A stretch of 64,000 nucleotides of DNA from an uncultured Actinomycetes bacterium (GTDB lineage: Bacteria > Actinomycetota > Thermoleophilia > Gaiellales > JAICJC01). Of the stretch, positions 56,957-64,000 are shown piece by piece. A program made the position numbers and the translations under genes. Location: the NCBI GenBank assembly GCA_963755675.1, contig CAVWLK010000062.1, positions 256,445-320,444 of the forward strand, read 5' to 3'. The notes beneath the pieces were generated by a model. That model did not search any database. It saw nothing but the letters and a program-made list of their open reading frames with translations, and was not told the DNA's origin. Numbering within the stretch: position 1 is the first letter of the stretch; the number at the start of each line of letters is the position of its first letter.

Positions 56957-59298
56957 GCGTCGCGACCGACACACGCAAAGGCATCGGCGTCTCGGTGCTG
57001 CGCAAGGAGGACGCTGAGTTCCTCACGGGGCAGGGTCGCTACGTCGACGACATCAAGCTGCCCGGGATGCTGCACATGTCGATCGTGCGCAGCCCCTACG
57101 CGCATGCCCGCATCAGCTCGATCGACGTCGCGGCCGCCCGGCAGATGCCCGGCGTGACCGCGGTCCTGACCGGAGCTGACATCGAGTTCGGGGCCGGCGT
57201 ACCGTGCGCATCGAACCCGACCGGAAAGACGCGCCAGCCGGCGCGGCCGCAGATCGCGATCGACCGCGTTCGGCATGCCGGCGAGCCGGTGGCTGTGGTG
57301 GTCGCCGCTGACCGCTACGCGGCCCGCGATGCCGCCGACGCCGTCGTCGTCTCGTACGAACCGCTGCCGGCAGCGATCGGGCTGGACGCGGCGATGGCCG
57401 CCGATGCGCCAAGGGTGCACGAGGAGTTCCCGGACAACACGTGCCTGGTGATCGAGAACGTCACGGACGGGGTGGACAAGGCGTTCGCCGACGCGGACGT
57501 CGTGGTCAAGCAGTCGATCCGAAACCAGCGTCTGATCCCATGTGCGATCGAGACGAGGGGCGTGGTCGCCCACTGGCTCGGCTCGAACGACGAGCTGACC
57601 GTCCACACGTCGACCCAGATCCCACACTTCGTGCGCACGTTCCTCGCCATCTGCTGCGGCGTCAGCGAGGCCAAGGTGCGGGTGGTGGCGCCCGACGTCG
57701 GCGGCGGCTTCGGCTCGAAGCTGAACTGCTATGCCGAGGAGTTCATCACCGCCGCCGTCTCGCGCGACCTGGGCGTCCCGATCAAGTGGATCGAGGATCG
57801 CTCGGAGGCGATGACGGCCACCACCCACGGCCGCGCGCAGGACGCCCACATGGAGCTGGCGGCCACCAAGGACGGTCGCGTACTCGGCCTGCGCGCACAC
57901 TACGTGCAGGACTGCGGCAGCTACCTGCAGCTGCTGACTCCGACCATCGCCCACCTCACGCTGTTCATGTCGATCGGCCCGTACGACATCCAGGCCGTCG
58001 ACATCAAGGTCACCGAGGTGTTCACCAACACCACGCCGACCGACGCCTACCGCGGGGCGGGCCGGCCCGAGGCAACGCACGCCATCGAGCGGATGATGGA
58101 CATCCTGGCGCTCGAGCTAGGGATGAGCCGCACCGAGGTTCGGCGCAAGAACTTCATTCGCGAGTTCCCGTACAGCTCACCGACCGGGCTCTCCTACGAC
58201 TCGGGCGACTACGAGAAGACGCTCGACAAGCTGCTCGAGCTGTCGGATGACAAGCCCGCCTTCGAGCGCCGCCGCCAGGAGGCGGCCGCGCGCGGCAAGC
58301 TGCTCGGCCGCGGGCTCTCGACCTACGTCGAGATCTGCGGTCTGGCACCGTCGGCAGTAACCCATGCCGTCGGACTGACGCCCGGCGGCTGGGAGACCTC
58401 GACGGTGCGGGTGCACCCGACCGGCAAGGTGACGGTGATCACCGGCACCTCGCCGCACGGTCAGGGGCACGCCACGTCGTGGTCGCAGATCATCGAGTCG
58501 CAGCTCGGGATCCCGTTCGACGATGTCGAGGTGATCCACGGCGACACCGCCTTCGCACCCTACGGGCTGGGCACCTACGGAAGCCGCTCCCTGGCAGTGG
58601 GCGGAACGGCGGTGTTCCGCGCGGCGGGCAAGGTGCGTGACAAGGCGCGCCAGGTGGCGGCCCACATGCTGGAGGCCTCGCCCGACGACATCGAGTTCGA
58701 GGACGGCGAGTTCCGCGTCAAGGGAAGCCCCGACAAGAGCATCGCGATCGGCGCCGTCGCCTTCCGGGCATGGCAGGGCTTTGACCTGCCGGAGGGGGTC
58801 GACCCGGGACTGGACGAGACGGTGTTCCACGACCCGCCCAACTTCACGTTCCCGTTCGGCGCCCACGGCTGCGAGGTCGAGGTCGATCGTGACACCGGCA
58901 AGGTCGAAATCACAAGCTACATCGCTGTTGACGACTGCGGCAACGTTGTGAATCCGATGATCGTGGACGGCCAGGTGCACGGAGGCGTGGCGCAGGGAAT
59001 CGGCCAAGCGCTCTATGAGGGAGCCGTCTACGACGAGTCTGGCCAGTTGATGACGAGCACGTTTGTCGACTACCTGGTGCCGTCGGCGGCTGAGATCCCG
59101 ATCGTCGAAACGCACCACACCGTGACGCCCTCACCCGTCAATCCTCTGGGAGCGAAGGGCATCGGCGAGGCGGGGACTATCGCCGCCAGCGCAGCGGTGG
59201 TCGGTGCTGTCTGCGATGCCGTCGGCGCCCGTGACCTGGACATGCCGCTTCAGCCCGAGAGGGTCTGGCGCGCGATCGACCGAGGAGGTGCATCGTGA
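56953..59298 (+). CDS. molybdopterin-binding large subunit, form II CoxL-like
   Basis: 782 aa with an ATGA junction to the small subunit. The active-site loop reads AYRGAGR (form II signature), not AYxCSFR. Confidence 0.92.
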   Translation: MSVATDTRKGIGVSVLRKEDAEFLTGQGRYVDDIKLPGMLHMSIVRSPYAHARISSIDVAAARQMPGVTAVLTGADIEFGAGVPCASNPTGKTRQPARPQIAIDRVRHAGEPVAVVVAADRYAARDAADAVVVSYEPLPAAIGLDAAMAADAPRVHEEFPDNTCLVIENVTDGVDKAFADADVVVKQSIRNQRLIPCAIETRGVVAHWLGSNDELTVHTSTQIPHFVRTFLAICCGVSEAKVRVVAPDVGGGFGSKLNCYAEEFITAAVSRDLGVPIKWIEDRSEAMTATTHGRAQDAHMELAATKDGRVLGLRAHYVQDCGSYLQLLTPTIAHLTLFMSIGPYDIQAVDIKVTEVFTNTTPTDAYRGAGRPEATHAIERMMDILALELGMSRTEVRRKNFIREFPYSSPTGLSYDSGDYEKTLDKLLELSDDKPAFERRRQEAAARGKLLGRGLSTYVEICGLAPSAVTHAVGLTPGGWETSTVRVHPTGKVTVITGTSPHGQGHATSWSQIIESQLGIPFDDVEVIHGDTAFAPYGLGTYGSRSLAVGGTAVFRAAGKVRDKARQVAAHMLEASPDDIEFEDGEFRVKGSPDKSIAIGAVAFRAWQGFDLPEGVDPGLDETVFHDPPNFTFPFGAHGCEVEVDRDTGKVEITSYIAVDDCGNVVNPMIVDGQVHGGVAQGIGQALYEGAVYDESGQLMTSTFVDYLVPSAAEIPIVETHHTVTPSPVNPLGAKGIGEAGTIAASAAVVGAVCDAVGARDLDMPLQPERVWRAIDRGGAS

Positions 59299-60113
59299 TC
59301 CCGGCCGAGTTCGCATATGAACGGCCAACGAGCGTGGCCGACGCGGTGGGGCTGCTCGGGCGCCACGGCGACGGCGCCAAGCTGCTGGCCGGCGGGCACT
59401 CGCTGATCCCGCTGATGAAGCTGCGGCTGGCCGCGCCGGACGCCTTGATCGACCTGTCGGGCATCCCCGGCCTGGACGGCATCCGGGAGGACGGCGACCA
59501 CATCGCGGTGGGAGCGCTGACGACGCACCGCGCCGTGGCCGAGTCCGACCTGATCGCCCGGGAGTGCCCGGTGCTCGCCGAGACGGCAGCGGGCGTCGGC
59601 GACATGCAGGTGCGTAACCGGGGAACGATCGGTGGATCGATCGCTCACGCCGATCCGCACGCCGACCTGCCGGCCGTGCTGGTCGCACTGGGCGGTGAGG
59701 TGGTGGCCGAAGGACCGAACGGGCGGCGGACGATCGCCGCAGACGAGCTCTTCCTCGACTACCTGACGACCTCCATCTCGGCCGACGAGATCCTGACCGA
59801 GGTGCGGGTGCCAAAGGTTCGCCAGGCGGCGTACGTCAAGTTCAACCGCCGCATGCAGGACTGGGCCGTGGTCGGCGTTGCCGCCGCGATCGCCGGCTCG
59901 GAGGCAAGGATCGCGATCACCGGGGTGGCGTCGCGACCGACCCGGGCGACGGCAGCCGAGCAGGCGTGGAACGGCTCGAATACGGTGCAGGCGGCGTTGC
60001 TCGCCGGCAACGGGCTGACCCCGCCCTCGGACACCGCGGCATCTGGTGAATACCGCGTACACCTCGCAAACGTGCTCACCCAGAGAGCGCTCGAGGAGGC
60101 CGCGGGGCGCTGA
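59295..60113 (+). CDS. FAD-binding medium subunit (CoxM-like)
   Basis: Contains LLAGGHSLIPLMKLR and NRGTIGGS. GTGA junction with the large subunit. Confidence 0.9.
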   Translation: MIPAEFAYERPTSVADAVGLLGRHGDGAKLLAGGHSLIPLMKLRLAAPDALIDLSGIPGLDGIREDGDHIAVGALTTHRAVAESDLIARECPVLAETAAGVGDMQVRNRGTIGGSIAHADPHADLPAVLVALGGEVVAEGPNGRRTIAADELFLDYLTTSISADEILTEVRVPKVRQAAYVKFNRRMQDWAVVGVAAAIAGSEARIAITGVASRPTRATAAEQAWNGSNTVQAALLAGNGLTPPSDTAASGEYRVHLANVLTQRALEEAAGR

Positions 60114-60121
60114 GCGGACGA

Positions 60122-60170
60122 GTGGTGGGCGGCCCGTGTGGCCGCCCACCACGGCGTTCTGGTTTTCGCC
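60122..60170 (+). terminator. intrinsic terminator after the CoxM-like gene
   Basis: Perfect 13-bp stem GTGGTGGGCGGCC / GGCCGCCCACCAC with a 5-nt loop, followed by GTTCTGGTTTTCG. Confidence 0.65.
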
Positions 60171-60191
60171 GCCGGGAGGTAAGCTTCCGGC

Positions 60192-61193
60192 ATGAGAGAC
60201 GTACTTGACGATGCCCGCCGACTGGTCGACTCGGGCGACCGGGTGGCCGTGGCGATGGTGGTCGACAGCAAGCGCTCGGCGCCGCGGCCGCTTGGATCGC
60301 GCCTGCTGGTGACCGAGAGCGGCGAGATGCGCGGATCGGTGTCTGGCGGCTGCGTCGAGAGCGACGTCGTGCTGCGAGCCCAGGAGGTGCTGGCAAGCGG
60401 CGAGCCGCGCCTGGTCTCGTACGGCATCACGGATGACGACGCCTTCGATGTCGGCCTTCCGTGCGGCGGCGAGATCGAGATTTTCATCCAGGTGCTCGAC
60501 CCCGACGAGGTCTCGAGGATCGAGACAGCCGTGCGCGATCACGAGCGCCTGTCGGTGACCACCACGCTGAGCGGCCCGGACGCAGGCAGCAAGGTCTACG
60601 GCGAGGGCGAGCCCCACTCCACCGCCCGACGCGCGGCGCCGGACGCCTTTGTCGAGCATTTCGCCCCGGCGCCGGTGATGCTGATTTTCGGCGCCGTCGA
60701 CACGGCTCAGGCGCTGTGCCGGATGGCCCGGCAGGTGGGATTCCGCACCGTGGTATCCGATGCCCGCACCAAGTTCGCAACCCCGGAGCGGCTTCCCGAT
60801 GCCGACGATATCGTGGTCGGCTGGCCGGCCTTGACGTATGACCGCTACGCGCCGGACGAGGCGACGTACGTGGTCGTGCTGACGCACGACGCTCGCTTCG
60901 ACGAGCCCGCGCTGGGACCGGCGCTGCGCAGTAGCGCGCCCTACATCGGCGCGCTCGGCAGCCGCCGGGCGCAGGAAAAGCGCCGGACTCGGCTGCTGAA
61001 CGCTGGGTACAGCGAATCCGAGATCGACCGCATCTCCGGGCCGCTGGGCCTCGACATCGGAGCCGTCACCCCGGCCGAGACCGCGGTCTCGATTCTGGCC
61101 GAGGTGCTGGCCGTCCGCAGCCACCGTGACGGTGGCCGGCTCGCCGGCTCTGGTGGCCGCATCCACCCGGAGACTGTCACCAGCCCACGGTGA
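60192..61193 (+). CDS. XdhC/CoxI family molybdenum-cofactor insertion accessory protein
   Basis: Contains RSAPRPLGSRLLV, GSVSGGCVE and GLPCGG, followed by the Rossmann-like domain FGAVD. Confidence 0.88.
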   Translation: MRDVLDDARRLVDSGDRVAVAMVVDSKRSAPRPLGSRLLVTESGEMRGSVSGGCVESDVVLRAQEVLASGEPRLVSYGITDDDAFDVGLPCGGEIEIFIQVLDPDEVSRIETAVRDHERLSVTTTLSGPDAGSKVYGEGEPHSTARRAAPDAFVEHFAPAPVMLIFGAVDTAQALCRMARQVGFRTVVSDARTKFATPERLPDADDIVVGWPALTYDRYAPDEATYVVVLTHDARFDEPALGPALRSSAPYIGALGSRRAQEKRRTRLLNAGYSESEIDRISGPLGLDIGAVTPAETAVSILAEVLAVRSHRDGGRLAGSGGRIHPETVTSPR

Positions 61194-61900
61194 GAACCGC
61201 GCTGATCGCGGACATCCACGGCAACCTGGTTGCCCTGGATGCCGTGCTGGAGCGACATCGACCGGCGGGGTGTCGACCGGATCGTCTGCCTCGGCGACGT
61301 CGCCGCGACCGGGTCCTCAGCCGCGAGCTGCGATCGAACGGGTGGCGGGCCTGGGTTGCGATGTCGTCATGGGCAACACCGATGAGTGGCTGCTCGGACC
61401 GCGCGACGAGTCGATCGAGGACGACGACACGCGACGGATCGTCGAGATCGACCTGTGGGCACACGACCAGCTCGAGGATCGCCACGTCACGCTGCTGCGC
61501 AGCTACCGGCCGGTGGTCGAGCTGGACGGTCTGCTCTGCTACCACGGCTCGCCGCGCTCGAACACCGAGGTGCTGCTGCCGATCACGCCGGAGGCTGAGC
61601 TGGCGGCGATGCTCGACGGCCACTCCGAGGCGATCATGCGCCGGAGGCCATACGCACATGCCGATGCTGCGACGCCACGGAGCGTCTCTCGTGATCAACC
61701 CCGGCAGCGTCGGCATGCCGTTCGAGCACGCGGCCGGGGGCACATTCCGCAACCCGCCCTGGGCCGAGTATGCGATCACGGGCGACGGCGAGGTCGAATT
61801 CCACCGCGTACGGGTGGACGTGGGCGCGGTCACGGGCGCGGCGCTCAAGAGCGGCATGCCGAACGCCGGCTGGTGGGTGAAGGACTGGGCCTGGGAGTAG
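61190..61900 (+). pseudogene. metallophosphoesterase (YfcE/MJ0936-like), three frame breaks as assembled
   Basis: Contains ADIHGN, VCLGDV, MGNTDEW, GGHTHMP and NPGSVG, spread over three frames. GTGA junction with the xdhC-like gene. Confidence 0.75.
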
Positions 61901-62014
61901 GCGTCGCGGGGGCCGCCGGCCTTGCGGCCGTTGCAGGCACGGTAGAAAGGCGACGCCCGATCCCCTGTTTGTGCTCTAAAGCGCAAAAGTCACAAACCCG
62001 ATAGAAGACACAGC

Positions 62015-63415
62015 ATGCAACGCCGGGTCTACCTCCTGCTTGTCCTGGTGGTCGCGCTGTTGGCGCCGACCTCGCTTGCGCTGGCCAGTGGCCCGTCCGT
62101 GCTCGTCTCGGCCACGACCACCACCGACCGCTACCGGCCACAGGTGGTGTTCGAGTACACCAGCCCGGTCTCGATCGCGGATCCGGCCACCCAGGTGTCG
62201 CTGCACAAGGCGGGCAGCACGGTTCAGGTGCCGGTCACCGTCACGGGTTCCGGATCGACGACGATCACGCTGCAGGTCAACGGCACGTTGGCGTACGGCA
62301 GCCACTACGTCGCCTCGGTCACGCTCGACGATACGACGTTCGACTCGGTCGCCTGGCTCACGCGAGCCAAGCCGGCCCACCCGACATTGAAGGTGAAGGT
62401 GATCACCGCACTCGCGCCGGACGCCGTCGACGACATCGTCCGCCGCCTCGACCGCGCCAACCTGCTGGCGGTGCCACACGTGGGAGACCTGGTTGACATC
62501 TCGGCGGCGACGGGTCGCGCGCTGACCAGCACCGACCTCAAGGGCTACCAGGCGGCGCTCGTGGTCACCGACCAGGACATCACCGGCCAGCTCGCGGCCG
62601 CCGGCGCCCTCGCCACCTTCGCCGCGGCCGGGCACGGCGTGGTGCTCGGCGGCCAGACACACTGGACGAGCGGCGGCGCGTGGCCGTCGCTGAGCGCGAT
62701 CGGATCGGCCACCGGAGGCTGGGCGACGAACTGGTCGCCGCTCGGCTACGCCGACCCACCGACGATCATCGGCGGCGCGCTTAGGCCGAGCTCGGTGCAG
62801 CCCCACTTCCTCACCAAATACCTCTCCAGCCTGACGGTGATCGGCGCCGGGTCAGGGCGGGAGGCGACGCAGCAGAGCTGGAACGAAACGGTGCTGGCGC
62901 GGCTGCAGCCGCAGTCCGGATCGGGCTACAGCGTCGGACAGTCGCTGCTGGCGATCCACTGGGACACCGGCGACCAGCGCGGACGCGTGGTCGACCTCGG
63001 CTTCAACCCGTGGTCGAGCAGTGTGGCCAGCGGAGGCGGCGGCTTCGACCCGTCGGTCAGCCCGCAGGCCGGGCCGCTGGTGACCCGCGCTCTGTGGTGG
63101 GCGATGAACCGGATCCCGCCCACCCACACCCACTTCACGTCGAAACCACCGAGCCCGAGCCCGTTCGCCACCGTCTCGTTCTCGATGGCCGCGACCGACC
63201 CCGATCCGGCCAGCGCGTTCACGATCATGCGGTACCAGTACAAGGTTGGGACCGGTTCGTGGAAGTGGGCCAGCGGTGGGACGTCCTTCGCCCTGTATCA
63301 CCTGACGCCCGGCAAGACGTACACCGTGCGAGCCCGAGCCGTCGATTCGGGCGGCAACAAGGATCCAAAGCCGGCCGTCTACACCTTCCGGCTGTCGTCC
63401 AGCGCCTGGGGCTAG
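62015..63415 (+). CDS. secreted hypothetical protein with Ig/FnIII-like terminal domains
   Basis: Signal peptide LLLVLVVALLAPTSLALA. The C-terminal YTVRARAVDSGGNKD pattern resembles Ig/FnIII. No catalytic motif recognised. Confidence 0.7.
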   Translation: MQRRVYLLLVLVVALLAPTSLALASGPSVLVSATTTTDRYRPQVVFEYTSPVSIADPATQVSLHKAGSTVQVPVTVTGSGSTTITLQVNGTLAYGSHYVASVTLDDTTFDSVAWLTRAKPAHPTLKVKVITALAPDAVDDIVRRLDRANLLAVPHVGDLVDISAATGRALTSTDLKGYQAALVVTDQDITGQLAAAGALATFAAAGHGVVLGGQTHWTSGGAWPSLSAIGSATGGWATNWSPLGYADPPTIIGGALRPSSVQPHFLTKYLSSLTVIGAGSGREATQQSWNETVLARLQPQSGSGYSVGQSLLAIHWDTGDQRGRVVDLGFNPWSSSVASGGGGFDPSVSPQAGPLVTRALWWAMNRIPPTHTHFTSKPPSPSPFATVSFSMAATDPDPASAFTIMRYQYKVGTGSWKWASGGTSFALYHLTPGKTYTVRARAVDSGGNKDPKPAVYTFRLSSSAWG

Positions 63416-63493
63416 CGGCGTTTCTCGATCGGTCGGGCCGACCAATTTCGCGGAACACTGGTAATCACCGGCCGAAGCACGGAGAATGGCGCG

Positions 63494-64000
63494 ATGCGCC
63501 TACACCTCTTGGCGCCGATCGCGCTCGCCGCGACGGCTGCACTGCTCTGCGGAACGGCCGCCGGTCATGCGGCCGATCGAGGACCGGCTCCGCAGCGGCT
63601 TCACGGAAGCGCGTTGCCGATGCTGAGCCACGCGGTGCGCCTGCGGCCGACCCCAGACGCGACGAAGATCGACGTGGTCGTCTCGATGAACCCGCGGAAC
63701 CCAGAGCTCCTCGAGCGGATGGCAGCGGCGTCCAGCGGCGCCACGCCTCTCCCGCTGTCGAAGATCCGGCGCCTGTTCCTGCCGGCCGATGGGTCAGTGG
63801 CCGAGGTCACCCGATACATGCGGTCACGCGGATTCGACTTGGCCGCTGCGAACGGACTCGCACTCACGTTCCGTGGCAACGCCGCCTCGGTAGAGCGAGC
63901 ATTCGGAGTCGGACTCTCCGTCTACCGGGGTCAGGGTGGACGCACATTCCGTGCCCCGGACGGTGCAGTGAAGCTGCCCGCAGCCCTCGCGCCATCCGTC
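63494..64000 (+). CDS. S53 (sedolisin/kumamolisin-like) peptidase, N-terminal propeptide part (3' end outside window)
   Basis: GGAGA Shine-Dalgarno and a signal peptide. The pro-kumamolisin activation-domain pattern is present (SKIRRLFLPADGSVAEVTRYMRSRGF, ASVERAFGVGL). The frame is open to the window end. Confidence 0.75.
   Translation, partial: MRLHLLAPIALAATAALLCGTAAGHAADRGPAPQRLHGSALPMLSHAVRLRPTPDATKIDVVVSMNPRNPELLERMAAASSGATPLPLSKIRRLFLPADGSVAEVTRYMRSRGFDLAAANGLALTFRGNAASVERAFGVGLSVYRGQGGRTFRAPDGAVKLPAALAPSV

Noticed and set aside
1-64000. A prophage, IS element or integrative island.
   Set aside because: No integrase, transposase, recombinase, phage structural gene or tRNA attachment site was recognised in any frame. 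The only repeat-flanked unit is the single ATPase gene, reported separately.

Overview
GC-rich chromosomal segment with overwhelmingly G/C third codon positions, in the style of Actinobacteria or Thermoleophilia. I call about 60 protein genes. I found no rRNA, tRNA, CRISPR array, transposase or integrase. Housekeeping genes present are ispH, ileS, acpS, alr, nnr, glmS, glmM and rplM-rpsI. Other content includes corA, an NRAMP transporter, a VIT1-family transporter, two large HisKA_3 sensor kinases, a form-II CODH-like coxSLM plus xdhC cluster, six GNAT acetyltransferase genes and several secreted proteins. The most unusual locus is a minus-strand operon at 19.0-23.3 kb. It encodes a MauE/MauD-like fusion, a Tat-exported Cys-rich protein resembling a methylamine-dehydrogenase light chain, a membrane-anchored beta-propeller and a PLP amino-acid decarboxylase, and no MauB or MauG is in the window. 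Upstream of it lie tandem palindrome-bearing repeats and a frame-disrupted cytochrome c / ThDP enzyme / aminotransferase block. Other notable items are a bacterial lysyl-oxidase homologue with an HQHWH copper motif and a 150-nt structured leader that recurs 2 kb away fused to an inverted gene fragment. There is also a 166-nt giant hairpin filling the glmM-glmS spacer, and an AAA ATPase gene bracketed by about 42-bp direct repeats. Caveat: at least two dozen frame disruptions, counted by eye, hit about 14 genes, including essential ones. Where I could reconstruct the sites, they are single-base indels, most of them in short G/C runs. Assembly or sequencing error is therefore as likely as real pseudogenisation. 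All homology calls come from motif recognition by eye, not from searches.
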